64,000 nt of DNA, taken from the human T2T-CHM13v2.0 reference genome, Homo sapiens. Made by a program: the position numbers and the translations under genes. Each line of letters opens with the position of its first letter. Position 1 is the first letter of the stretch. Where the stretch lies: the NCBI RefSeq assembly GCF_009914755.1, contig NC_060944.1; one strand, given 5' to 3'. The notes beneath the pieces were generated by a model. That model saw nothing but the letters and a program-made list of their open reading frames with translations, had not been told where the DNA came from and made no database searches. Below, in pieces: positions 45,387 to 60,610 of the stretch.

Positions 45387-45917
45387 GTAAGTTTTGTCCC
45401 TCCGGAGCTGGCTGCCATAAGACAAGGGGGTAGGTGGAGCAGCTTCCCAAAGGAGGGAGAGAGTTCCTCATCACGGGGGATGTGCATGGCTGAGATCCCA
45501 GAACGTGGGTGAACATGAGTGGGAGGTTGTAAAGGTCTGGAGAGTCTGTGATCTCAAGAGTCCACGATTCCAAGAACCCCTTCTTAAATTCCACAGTTCC
45601 AAAGACCCTGAGTTTCCACAGCCTGCAGAAGGGGCATGCAGCCACTGCATGCAGTGATGCAGCTGCCTCTCCCACTGCCTTCACCTGAAATCCCATCGTC
45701 AGAGCACCCCGTCTTAGTTAGACCCAGTGTGCTCCTCCTCCCCAGAGCAGAGACCCTTGACTGCAAGTGTGGCAGCCTGGGTCCCAGGCACAGTGTATCA
45801 CTTTCCAGCTCTGGGGCACTGGGCCAGTCCCTGAGCCTCAGCTTCCACCTTGGGACACAAATAAGAGGGCCTTCCTCACTGGGTGGTTGGAATTGACTAG
45901 AGCTTTATGAATGCTAT

Positions 45918-46105
45918 GACCATGGTTTCAACCTCAGCACTTCTGATGTTGTGGACCAAACAACTATTTATTATGGGGGGTGTCCTGGGCACTTTAGGAT
46001 GTTTAACAGCATCCCTAACCCAACTGTGACAACCAAAAAGGTCTCCAGACATTGACAAATATCTCTTAGGGGACAAAATCATCTCAGTGGAGAACGACTA
46101 CTCTA
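45918..46105. mobile_element. MER20 DNA transposon
   Basis: caaccaaaaaggtctccagacattgacaaat...ggggacaaaatc motif. Confidence 0.75.
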
Positions 46106-47938
46106 AAGTCTCATCCCCTTAGAGGGGACTCACCTGTCAGCTCTGGAGGCCACTTGAGCACTTAGAGGACCAGACCTCTGCATTCAGGGGGACTAGGGGC
46201 CTGGGTCATGGCCAGAGGGGCAGGGGCAGGTCCTGTGGGACCAACAGGCTCTGTAGCCAGCGGATGGATTCCCAAGTAAGGACGGGAAGCAGAGGGCTCT
46301 GAGAGGTTGGAGGGAGGCAGAGGTGGCCTGGATCCACACTGTGAAGCTCAAGCATGTGGAATTTCAGCCAGAAGGAGCTTAGAGATGAACAACCATGCTT
46401 TAGGCTCTCCTATAAGGAGTTGTGTACAAGTGGTTGGTTTTGAAGGTGACCCCAGAAACACCTACAGGAGTGTGGGGAGGCAAGGCAGGGAAGGAAAGGC
46501 ATCCCATGAGGGGTGCATGTCCAAGCCAGTTACCACTGTGGCGACTGAAGCTCAGTCCTGCCTAGCAACTGCATCTATTAGGGCCATTCAGGAGACAGAA
46601 ACCACACAGTAAATGCCAACAGGTAAGTTTAATGTAAAGAAGTATTACCAGGGGATTGGAAGAATGAGGAATTGGCTAAGAGGGAAAACAGACAGAGCTC
46701 TAAAGGATAACCTAGGGATGGAGGGGGTAGCCAAGGACAGAGCAAGTTCAGAGGTAGAGAATCCTCCCCAGCCCTCTTTGTAGAGGGTGTGGTTGAAGCC
46801 CACTGTGTGGTGGAGAAGTTTGCTGGCTTGTCCCAGGCCAGAGCTGGTCCACAGTTGGCAATCTGACGCTAGTGGGTGGAGAACTACCTGCCAGGGGGCC
46901 AATAAAATTCTCTGGGAAGCTGCCCCTGGAGGAAGGGGGCTGCTGTTAACTCACGGGGAAGCTGTCTCTGGGGAACTGCCTAGAAGCTAGCCAGGGTGCC
47001 TGCAGAACTCACTCAGCAAAAGCCACTGGGCAGTGACACCATAGGAACCTGGAAAGAGAAGCACACCAGAGCCATGAAGGGAATCCCCCCCATGCCCCTC
47101 CAGAGTCTCCACTGAAAGGGCTTAACACTGTGCCAAATGGCAAAAAAGAAATATTCACTGGGCCCAGTTCCATTACCACAGAGCAGGCAAAGTGGGTGGA
47201 TTTGCAGCTGAGAGGCTATAACCCAGGAGCTCTGATACACAATGAGGGACACACATCTGAGCCATCCTGCCTGAGGGGTGAGGGAGCTGGGATATTGATA
47301 CACCAACTCTCACCAATCACTGGCTGAAGTCTGCTCCTGGGGCATCAGCTCTCCAGCACTTCTGACCTGCTCTGCACATGAGCCAGATGGGCTCTAGCTG
47401 CTCACAAAAAGCCAGCTGGGACAAGAACCCAGGGCTCTTGACACTTATGCCTCTGTCCTGGCTCCTTCTTCCTCTGCTCAGCACTTGAGGCTTTTTGGAC
47501 AACACATCCATAGGATATGGATGCCAGACAATTGTTAACAAGTGTGCTTTGGCAGCAAAACAGCCCCAAACAGAGTTTTGAGGGTTCCCTGCCTGTTGGC
47601 CCTAGAAATGCTTGCAACTGGCTCAGGGGATGAGTGCAGGTCCAGGTGCTGAGTGCAGTGGCCGACACTCCCCACAGAGGCTGGCAATGCTCAGGGGTGT
47701 GAATGGTCCCAGCCTCGCTCCTGATGTGAAAACGACCCATCTGGGCTACTGTCCTCAAGGCTACATCTACACAGTGGGGACTGGCAGGCTGGTCCTGACC
47801 TCCACCACAGTAGAGATGGCTACACCCTCGCCTTACCTCAGGGAGCCTCGAGTGATACCCCTCCCCAGCCTGGAGCTCCCACCAAGCCTTCCTTCTTGCC
47901 CCTCCTCCTGGGCCCTAATCCCTGGGGTCTGCCTCCAG

Positions 47939-48080
47939 AGCTGACACAGGAGCTGAAGGACCACAACGCCACCAGCATCCTGCAGCAGCTGCCGCTGCTC
48001 AGTGCCATGCGGGAAAAGCCAGCCGGAGGCATCCCTGTGCTGGGCAGCCTGGTGAACACCGTCCTGAAGCACATCATCTG
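47939..48080 (+). CDS. BPIFB1: BPIFB1 exon 3, (K)LTQELKDHNATSILQQLPLLSAMREKPAGGIPVLGSLVNTVLKHII(W)
   Basis: AG/GT boundaries and consistent phase; 142 nt. Confidence 0.97.
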
Positions 48081-48190
48081 GTGAGTGGAGCAGGACCACA
48101 CCAGGAGCTAGCCCCTTCCCACACCTTTGCCCGGGACACGCTCTGCATGCTCAGTCAACCAGTCTGCAAGCATCGACTTGTGTCAGATCA

Positions 48191-48797
<607 letters not shown>

Positions 48798-49082
48798 TCA
48801 AGGCAAGGAGTAAGGGATCAGCAGGGTCAGGTCACAGAGGGTCTTATGAGTCAGCTCAAGGAGCTGGGAGTCACCACCTAGAAGAGAAGGCACCATAATA
48901 GCATTGTGAGCAGGAGTGGAGGGGAGGGATGGAGGCAAGACCATCTGGAGAGGAGTCGGTGGGCAGGGCCAGGGTCCCGCTGCTGCCTAGGCACCCCAGG
49001 GAGATGGAAAAGATAGAGAGGGAGTGGATTTGGGAATAATGAGCCGGAGGCATGATTCTGATCTCTCCTAAACCCCATCCAG

Positions 49083-49190
49083 GCTGAAGGTCATCACAGC
49101 TAACATCCTCCAGCTGCAGGTGAAGCCCTCGGCCAATGACCAGGAGCTGCTAGTCAAGATCCCCCTGGACATGGTGGCTGGATTCAACAC
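49083..49190 (+). CDS. BPIFB1: BPIFB1 exon 4, [35 protein letters not shown](T)
   Basis: AG/GT boundaries; 108 nt. Confidence 0.97.
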
Positions 49191-49249
49191 GTGAGTGACC
49201 CCTCCATCAAGTACAGTAGGCTTGACAGGCTCATCTGCTCGTTCCCCCT

Positions 49250-50090
49250 CCCCCGCCCCCACCATGCAGGTGTCTGGAAAAGAGAGTTCCGAGCAGAGAG
49301 AAGAGCAAGTGCAGAGGCCCTGTGGCAGCAGTGTACTTGCCTTGCTCAAAGAATGGCAAAGACAGGGGAAAGAGAGAGGGGGCATGGTAGGAGATGAGGC
49401 CAGCAGGCAGCCGAGGCCAGATCATACAAGGCCTCTTGGGAGAAGATAAGGACTTGGCTTTTGCTGAGTAGGACGGGAGCCAGGGAGGATTCTGAGCAGA
49501 GGAGGGATATGCTGTGCTTTCACATTTTTAAAGACTCCTGGCTGCTGTGGGGAAAAAAGACTTTCTGGGGGTAAGAGTGGAGACAGGAAGGCTATCCCAA
49601 AGCTACTGCAACAATTCAGGAGGAGATAATGATGGCTTAGACCAGGGTTTGGGGCAGGGAGGTGCTGAGAAGTTGATTGGATTCTGGATATGTTTTGGAG
49701 GTAGGTGGGGACACCAGGATATCCCGGGGAACTGAATATGCATGTGTATTCAGGGGGAAAGAGAGAGAAGTCAACGATGACTCCAAGAGTTCTGCCTGCA
49801 CCACTGGCAGGATGGAGTGGTCAGTAACCAAGACAGGCAAGGCCATGAGAGGAGCAGGTCTGGGGAAGAGCCAGTCCAGTGTTGCATGCGCTAAACTTGA
49901 GAAGCCCGTGAGACATCGGAGTAGGGGGCTGGGGGTAAGTTTGGAAGCTGTCAGCAGACGAAAGACGTTTCAACCAAAGAGGACTCTGAAAACTGAGCCT
50001 GGGACATGCTGGGGTGAAGTTGGGTGAAGATGAGGAGAAACCAGCAAAGGAGACTGAGGAAGGAGGTGAGGGCTGGAAGACAGAGACGGA
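49250..50090 (+). mobile_element. L2 remnant
   Basis: L2-like 3' sequence (gattctggatatgttttggaggtag, aaggacttggcttttgctgagt). Confidence 0.6.
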
Positions 50091-50154
50091 CGGCAGGGTT
50101 GCTCCAGCCCGAGCTTGCCTGGTGCTCACATGGTCAGGTGCCTCCACCCGCTAG

Positions 50155-50304
50155 GCCCCTGGTCAAGACCATCGTGGAGTTCCACATGACGACTGAGGCC
50201 CAAGCCACCATCCGCATGGACACCAGTGCAAGTGGCCCCACCCGCCTGGTCCTCAGTGACTGTGCCACCAGCCATGGGAGCCTGCGCATCCAACTGCTGC
50301 ATAA
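50155..50304 (+). CDS. BPIFB1: BPIFB1 exon 5, PLVKTIVEFHMTTEAQATIRMDTSASGPTRLVLSDCATSHGSLRIQLLH(K)
   Basis: AG/GT boundaries, first conserved Cys; 150 nt. Confidence 0.97.
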
Positions 50305-51104
50305 GTGAGTGTCGCTGGCCACCAGCCGGGCTCCCATCCTGCCTGGAAGGAACGCCAGGCAGTGGACTTCCCCCATTTTACAAATGGAGAACGCTGAGGC
50401 CTAGAGAAAGAAAGGGACTTATCCCCTCCTGATTCCTGATCTGGGGCTCCTTCCAGGGAATCTGTGATGCCAAGGGAAGTTCAGGACATCAAGGTCAGAA
50501 GCAACCATGGTGGGTTTCAGGCATGACACCGGGAGGTGGGGCAAATCTTTGAAGGGGGAGGCCTAGAAACTCCTCCAAACACCAGGGCAGGTGTAGGTGG
50601 AGCCAGGGGCAAAAACATAGGCTTTGGGTCAGGCCAACACATTCTCTTCATTTGCTCTCCGGGTGATGATGGCCAAGTGGCCACCCTGTGTCTCACTTTC
50701 CTCACCCGTAAAGTGCAGGTAATGACACCTTCCAGGCAGTGGTGAGAAAACTGATCAGACAACAGCCATCAAGCACTCAGAACAGTGCACGCGCATGGTG
50801 GTGCCAAAAAACATGGCGCCCCCCCTTCCCTTCTTAGCAGGAGGACAGGGAGAAATGCCAGCTCCCATCATCCCAATGCCCAGCATAAAGTTCCAATGAC
50901 AACACCCAGCCGCTGCTTTCTGATAACTCTTTGCCACTGCCTACACCTGGCTCAGGGGCTACTCCCAGCCCCGTCTCTAACACGTCCTGTGACCTTGGGC
51001 AGGTTCCTTCCTCCCTTAGACTCAGCCTCCCCCTCTGTAAAATAGAGGAAGGGGTGATCATCTCTGACCCTTCCTAATGTCTCTCGTGCTCTCTTCCCTG
51101 AAAG

Positions 51105-51186
51105 GCTCTCCTTCCTGGTGAACGCCTTAGCTAAGCAGGTCATGAACCTCCTAGTGCCATCCCTGCCCAATCTAGTGAAAAACCAG
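51105..51186 (+). CDS. BPIFB1: BPIFB1 exon 6, LSFLVNALAKQVMNLLVPSLPNLVKNQ
   Basis: AG/GT boundaries; 82 nt. Confidence 0.97.
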
Positions 51187-51409
51187 GTGAGTGGAATCAG
51201 GGCCTCTCTGGCCTGTGGGCATTGCGCCCCCTGTGGGGCTTGGGTGGAACTGCAAGTTGGTGCTAAGTGACTGGAGTCTCCTTGGGTGGGTTTTGCTGAA
51301 AGAATTATCTGGGGCTGGATAGCAAAGAGTCATGGAGTGGGGTGGGCCATTGACCCAGGCAGACAGGCAAGGTCATGGGACTGCTAAAAGTCAGCCAGGA
51401 GCCCGTGAA

Positions 51410-51839
51410 CAGTGACGTGCTGATAAATTTTTAGCAATTGTCTCTGGAGGGGTTGTTGAAGGGAGGCAAACCTGATTTGTAGCTTTTGCGGATTTCCCTG
51501 GTGGAAATACTCCCTTCAGGGCCAATTTTAGGCGACCAGTGTGATGTCACTGAACAGAGTTGGGAAAAGATATACAATAGCACACGATTGTATATTTCCA
51601 CTAAACAGATACATAAACATGATCTCAGGAGTAATAGATAGTAGTAAAATACAGCAAACTAATTAGGAAGCAATGCGTTTTAAATTTTTATTAAATTTGT
51701 TTTAATATAATTTATGTAATTGTAAGTTTATATGTCTAATTTGTAACAATGTCTGGGCTTAGCACCCAGCTCAGAAATTTGTGGAAATTTAACAATTGGT
51801 TCTCAAAAGCTAGTACAAGCTGGCTCTAGCACGGCACTG
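51410..51839. mobile_element. MER63-like hAT DNA transposon
   Basis: Terminal inverted repeats CAGTGACGTGCTG...TAGCACGGCACTG. Confidence 0.65.
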
Positions 51840-52036
51840 TCACACATCAATCTGGCTGTGGTATTCAGGGCTGCACCACCCACCAGGTCCTGTTGGATTT
51901 TTTTTCTGCGTCAGTAAACACAGGTGACTCTCATTTTAGTTGCCCCTATTTGTCACAGGTATACTAAAACTTTGTAAATTGAATTCATCCACATTAACCA
52001 GTGATTTCCACTGTAAATTCCAAGATGTGTTCGTAA

Positions 52037-52439
<403 letters not shown>

Positions 52440-52752
52440 TGATGTAATAAATGAAAAAATTTGGGGAAAAAAAATCCATAATCCTTTTACTTTCACCCAG
52501 GAGCGCTTTGATCTTTTGCAGATTGCCTTCCCACCTCCATCCACATGCACTAGTATTTTTAAGAGGCTGCTCTTGGTGTCAGCCTTTAAATCAGATCTAT
52601 GTTTCAAAGTCATTATACAATACTTGTAATTATTAAATAGGTACATTGGGTTTAATAATTTACGAAAACATTCCAGCAAATCCTTTTTTAAATAATGTGA
52701 TTTTATTAAGAGTACTTTAAAATGACAGTAGCAATATTTAAAACAGTATTTT

Positions 52753-53058
<306 letters not shown>

Positions 53059-54130
53059 ACACTGCTTTATATAAACAATGTGATTCTTATTAAGAGTACT
53101 TTAAAACAATGGAGATTTTTATTTTTCTCCAAGTTGGCTTCCATGTCCTTACCTTCAAGAAAAATACAGTAAAACATTTAATCTCCATTTTGTGAAATAT
53201 ACATCAACTGTACAATATACTATTACGTTTGTTTCTCTAATAAGCTGGAGTTATGATTTTCAACTTCTGCTTCTGCACTAGTAAAGCTTAAGAGTAGCAT
53301 GTATAGTCAAAGGAAGATCCATTATTTTAATAGTCGAAATATCTACATATTAAAGAGGCCAGGGAAAAATAAGTGAATAATCAAAAACTAAATAAAGCTC
53401 AAATAAGATCTTAAAAGGTTAATTTCAGAAGCAATACTGATTCAGCCCAATTCAAGCTACCTTTCTCCAGTACTTTTTTGGAAGAGAATGGGGAGAGACA
53501 GAGAGAGATGAGAAGGGAGGGAACCAATATAATGAATTAATGAATTGTGTGATATAATGAATATAATGAACAATGAATATAATGAATTGTGTGATCTCAA
53601 AGTTCAAGACAATGGCTTCTTATAGGTAGAATGTTGAGACTCCGACCTTTTAGCAAAGGTACGTATCCAGGGAGTTTTTTAAAGGGAATCCAAAAGTGAA
53701 AAACTTCATAACATTGGAATTTTCTTATGTAAGAAAGAAAATTTTGTTTCTTTGAATAATTTTATTTATCTGTTTCAAGGTGGGAATTTCATAAAGTAGG
53801 ACCCAGCTGTAGATTTTCTTCCCAGCCTCCAGCAAAATCATATTTTATCTGGCATCACACTTTAATAGTTAAAAATATATTTTCCAGTAGAAAAGATGAC
53901 AAAAACTTGGAATTATACAATGCTCCTTGCATAGTATCTGTCTTTAATGGTGAAAAGCTAAGTAGAAAGAACAATGTGTGAAAGCCGGCATCCCATTATC
54001 ATCAGCAAATCCACTACATTCACTGGATTTGATATGATGGTCATAGAAATATTTTATTTGGCATGAAGGGAAAAGGCATAGCACGTTTAAGAGGTGAGCG
54101 TCTGGTAGGAGCTCATTTAGAAAATGTTGA

Positions 54131-54449
<319 letters not shown>

Positions 54450-54517
54450 TGGGGATGATGGAATGACTTGCTTTATATAATTGTGAGTATTCCATAAGAT
54501 GCATGGAAAAAAATCTA

Positions 54518-55254
<737 letters not shown>

Positions 55255-55729
55255 TCAGAGCCATCAGAACCTGAGAAACCTTTAAAAAATACTAATGGCT
55301 AGGCCCTACCCCAGATTCAGAAGTAACTGGTCTGGGTGGGTCCTAGTATCCCAGAGGACTCTACTGTGTAGCCAGGATTGAGACCTGCTGATAGAAATGA
55401 AGGATGGGGAATTGTGGGATAAAATGCAGAGGTTCCCCGGGACACTTTCCGGTGAGAAACAGGCTCCCCTGGCAGTGCCTGCTGGGAGTCTCTGAGCTGA
55501 AAGTCTTCCATCCTCTCTGGGCTCTAGATTGGCAATGCAGCCAGGAGCAGGGAACGGTTATTCATAGGAGTTAACATTTCTCAAAGGCATTGTCATTCCT
55601 CAAGAGTATTAAGGGGTGGTCAACAAGACAAAAATGTCCTCAATAATCTTGGAGCACTGCCCTGAAAAGTGAGTCAAATGTTTGACCTTCTCCCTAAGCA
55701 GAACAGCTCAGGTCAGGGTTAGGTTAGGT

Positions 55730-55937
55730 CAGAGTTTCTCAGCCTTGGTGGTACTGACATTTTGGGCTGGATAATTCTTTGTCTGGATGCTGTCCTATGC
55801 ACAGTAGGATGTTTAGCTGCATCCCTGGCCTCTACCCACTAGTTGTCATCCCCTCCAAGTTGTGACAACTAAAAATGTCTCTAGAAATTTCCAAATGTCT
55901 CCTTGGGGACAAAATCTCCCCCTGTTGAGGACTGCTG
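55730..55937. mobile_element. MER20 DNA transposon
   Basis: gtgacaactaaaaatgtctctagaaatttccaaatgtc...ggggacaaaatc. Confidence 0.75.
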
Positions 55938-56129
55938 GCAATTTTAGGAAGAGAAGTGCCCAGTGAGCAAAGGGATGTGTTGGGCTAGAAAGCCACAAAG
56001 GGCACAAAGAGATTGCCCAGGAGTCTGGTTGGGTCTGCCTTGCTGGCCTCTGTTCCAGAGTCTGACATGTGAAAAGAACTCAGTAGCAACTTGCTGTATG
56101 AATAAACAAATTCTCCATTTAACTCTTGT

Positions 56130-56452
<323 letters not shown>

Positions 56453-56722
56453 TGAGCAAGACAAGGAGTCAGAGAGGGAGGGCTGCTGGCAGGCCAAGCA
56501 CACCCTGGGCACAGGGAAAGGGACAAACCACTGCAAAAGGTCCCAGGTGGCCCTGCAGGCTGGGTTCAACACACGAATGAATCCTCAACCCATGGATGGA
56601 ACCTGGCTGGCCATGGGCACAGCAGTAGGACACAGGCCAGGTGGGCTGGGCACAGCCCGGGGCTGCTGTGGGGCTGCATTCTGGCCCCTCCCTGATGGAG
56701 CCCCTTGCTTATGCTGTTGCAG

Positions 56723-56786
56723 CTGTGTCCCGTGATCGAGGCTTCCTTCAATGGCATGTATGCAGACCTCCTGCAGCTGGTGAAGG
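56723..56786 (+). CDS. BPIFB1: BPIFB1 exon 7, LCPVIEASFNGMYADLLQLVK(V)
   Basis: AG/GT boundaries, second conserved Cys; 64 nt. Confidence 0.97.
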
Positions 56787-57231
56787 GTAGGTGCTCTGCT
56801 CTCTCTCCCACTTTTTCCTTTACTACGGAGCTGGCCTCCAGACCCTGACTCCACCAAGGGAAGGCCTCCCCAAGTCAGGCCTGAGCTGCAACTCAGGCCC
56901 AGAAGCAGGTGAGACAAGCATCAGTTGATCCCTGCCCCAGACGCGCAGACAGAAATTCGCCACGACTAGGACTTCATGAGCTCTTACTATTTGTGCAGTT
57001 GTCAGGTCAGTGGATGCCCCAAGTTCAAATCCCAGCTCTGCCCCTGACTTGCTCCATGACTTTGGGAAAGCTAATTTACCTCCTCATCCTCGGTTTCCTC
57101 ATCCATAAAATGGGGCTTAACCATCCCTACAACATAGGATTGTTAGTGAGGAATAAAAGTCTACAGGAAAGTTCTGGGCACATAGCAGGTGTCCCTCTTG
57201 GCACAGAGAAGCACTTACAAATGCATGCTAA

Positions 57232-57277
57232 ATGGATGGATGGATAGATGGATGGATGGATGGATGGACAGACAGAA
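57232..57277. repeat. (GATG)n microsatellite
   Basis: Directly visible. Confidence 0.9.
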
Positions 57278-58493
57278 GATGCTAAGATTACAAGCATGAG
57301 CCATCACACGCAGCCCCCGGACTAGTTTTTATGGATACTTTAGAAAACTGCAGCATCAAATAGTTCTATCCATCTCGTTGCAGTTTCAAATTTTCCCTCC
57401 ATCCAAAGGGTTTGAGGTATCTGAGAAATTAAAGCATGGGTTAAAAACTGAGATATCTGGTTTAAAAAATAAAAATCAGAGATGATTCGAAGGGCAAAGA
57501 CGGAAGGAAGTCATTTCTCCCTCCCCCAGCATAGCAGATACGGGAGGGCACAGGCTCCTGCCCCCACATCAGAACTCTGCCATGCTCAGGCCCCCAGAGT
57601 GGAAACTGGCGGAGAAGAAGAAAAGTCTACCAACTGCTCTTTGGGATCAGAAGAGGCTCATTCCAAGGGCGACCAGAGAGGAGAAGGGAGAGCAGCATGC
57701 ACTGAGCGCCACAGGGCATCTGCCATGGGCCACGCCCTCCCGCTGGGTGTTTTGTATAGGCACATCTCACTGACTCCTCAGACAACTCCATGAGGTGGCA
57801 GTCATGACCCCCCTTCACTGTGATGAAAGAGGCTCCGAGCAATGAAGTCACTGTCCAAGTTCACAGAGGCAGTTGGTGATAGAGGAAGACTTGAGTTCTG
57901 AGCGAGTGTCATTCGGATTGAGCCGTTACTAGGTGCCAGTTGTATACATGAAGCAGGAATTACTATTCTACCGCCGTTTCTTTCCTTTTTTCTTTTTTTT
58001 TTTTTTAATTCCCAAAGAGTTCTTCCAATCGTCAGATATTTGGTCAGTATTCAGAGTAGGATCCAGAGTTCACACATTACATTTTGTTGACAAGTCTGTA
58101 GATTTCTCTTTGTAAATCACATTTTTTTGTTGTTGTTATAGCCATTTTCGGGGACCTTATTGACTTTAATATACTTTTTTTTTTTTTTTGGAGACGGACC
58201 TTTTTTCTTTTTTTAAAGTAATTTTTACAGGAGTCATGCTCATCGTCTCTATGTCCTTCCGATTTTAGTACATGTGCTGCCCTGGCGGGCACTATACCCT
58301 CATTTTAAGACGAGGAAACAGATTCAGACGCGAGAAGAGACCAGCCAAGGTCACTGGGGCTCAAACCGAAGTCCAGCTGGCTCCTCCGCTGCCCCGAGGA
58401 CGGGCCCGGAGGTCTCCCTGGAGCGGTAGGCGGCCGGTCCCTGGCCCTCCAGCACTCCCCATCCTCGGCCATACACCGGGGCAGGTGACACAC

Positions 58494-58512
58494 CACCGCC
58501 ACCTGGCGGCCA
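58494..58512 (-). promoter_or_regulatory. Strong CTCF motif TGGCCGCCAGGTGGCGGTG in a CpG-rich intronic segment
   Basis: Close match to the CTCF core consensus TGGCCACCAGGGGGCGCTA; binding itself is not shown. Confidence 0.6.
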
Positions 58513-59096
58513 AGTGGGGAATTCTGACGCGAACACGAGATCTTTGGGGGGAGCAGAGGAGCCAGTTTGGATTTCAGAGTAGATGTTACCAGGCCTCTGG
58601 CTTCCAGCCTAAGCTTCCTTGAGATCCAGGTGCTCATAGGGTGTCCAGACCCAGAACCACCTGCATGGGGGACGCGGCTTTCAGTCTGGTAGGGGCGGTG
58701 GAGTGTTACATACAATAGTTCAGTTCCGTTCCAAACCGGGACTTTGGCATAAAACCGACTGGGTTCCCATGCTCTCATAGTATGGCTTTGAACAGGTCAT
58801 TTCCCTTTCCTCAGACTTGGTTTCACCATCTGTAAAAGGGGGTAATAATAAGACCTACTTCCTAACGTTATCATGCAGATGAACCAGCTGACATGCAGAG
58901 GCCTGGCACTTAGTGGATGCTCGATAAATGTCACTGTCATCACTGTTTGCATCATTATTATCAACATCATTATTACCTGCTCCTCCCTACCTGCCCCCCC
59001 ATGCAACAGTACAGCTCCACCTGGAAGCAGCCCCCCAACTTCCCCCTCCAATACTGCCCTCCACCCTCACAGAACTTTCTTCTTGTCCTTGAGCAG

Positions 59097-59182
59097 TGCC
59101 CATTTCCCTCAGCATTGACCGTCTGGAGTTTGACCTTCTGTATCCTGCCATCAAGGGTGACACCATTCAGCTCTACCTGGGG
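59097..59182 (+). CDS. BPIFB1: BPIFB1 exon 8, PISLSIDRLEFDLLYPAIKGDTIQLYLG
   Basis: AG/GT boundaries; 86 nt. Confidence 0.96.
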
Positions 59183-59780
59183 GTGAGTGTCCCAGGACCT
59201 TGAGGGTGAAGTGGGGACATTGCTGCCCTTCTCTGACCACCAGGAGTCAGATAGCATGGGCCTGTGTTAGGAGAGAAAATCCTGGTCACCATTAGGACAC
59301 GGGCTGATCTAGAAAAATCACTGCAGGCTGAATATGTCCCATGCAAGTTTGTTTTGTTTTGTTTTTTTGAGACTGAGTCTCACTGTCACCCAGAGTGACA
59401 TGGGGGGGCCCGAGTGGGGACACTGGGCCCTCAGCCTTTCTCTCAGGCAAGTCCCTGCCAATCCCCAAACCTATGACAACCTTGAAACAAAAGCCAAGGA
59501 TCAAGAAACACAGACCTAAGTTTCTCTCCTAGCTCTATGATTCCCTGGCTATGTGACTTTGGGCAAGTTCCTTTACCTCCCTGAGCCTCAGTTTCCTTGT
59601 CTGCAAAATGTCAGTAATAATGGCCACTGAGGAGAGGATGAAATGAGACCACACCATGCCTGGCAGACCAGAAGTGCCCAGTAACTGTCAGCTCCCTGTC
59701 CAATGTGGAGCTGCACAGCCATGCTGTGGCTGGACGCCCCAAAGGGCCAGACCATCCTGGTAGCATGAATCCCAGACTAG

Positions 59781-60092
<312 letters not shown>

Positions 60093-60430
60093 TAGTTTCT
60101 ATGGATCCTTTGGAAAACTGCAGCATCAAATCGTTTCTTCCATTTTGTTGTAGTTTTTAATTTTCCCTCCATCCAAAGGGTTTGAGGTGTCTGAGAAGTT
60201 GAAGCATGGGAAAAAAAACGAAGATATCTGGTACAAAAAATAAAAGTCAGAGATTATCCGAGGGGCAAAGATGGAGTAGATGTTGCCACACACCTGAGCT
60301 CCAGGCTAAGCTTCCTGGCAACAAATGCACAAAAAGGAAACAGGCTGAATGGTGTCATTTCCTTCTAGGTTGCTATTGGGTAAGCTGCAGAGTTAAAATT
60401 CTTAGCTGACTCCCTGCTCTGTCTCCTCAG

Positions 60431-60610
60431 GCCAAGTTGTTGGACTCACAGGGAAAGGTGACCAAGTGGTTCAATAACTCTGCAGCTTCCCTGACAATGC
60501 CCACCCTGGACAACATCCCGTTCAGCCTCATCGTGAGTCAGGACGTGGTGAAAGCTGCAGTGGCTGCTGTGCTCTCTCCAGAAGAATTCATGGTCCTGTT
60601 GGACTCTGTG
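60431..60610 (+). CDS. BPIFB1: BPIFB1 exon 9, AKLLDSQGKVTKWFNNSAASLTMPTLDNIPFSLIVSQDVVKAAVAAVLSPEEFMVLLDSV
   Basis: AG/GT boundaries; 180 nt. Confidence 0.97.
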
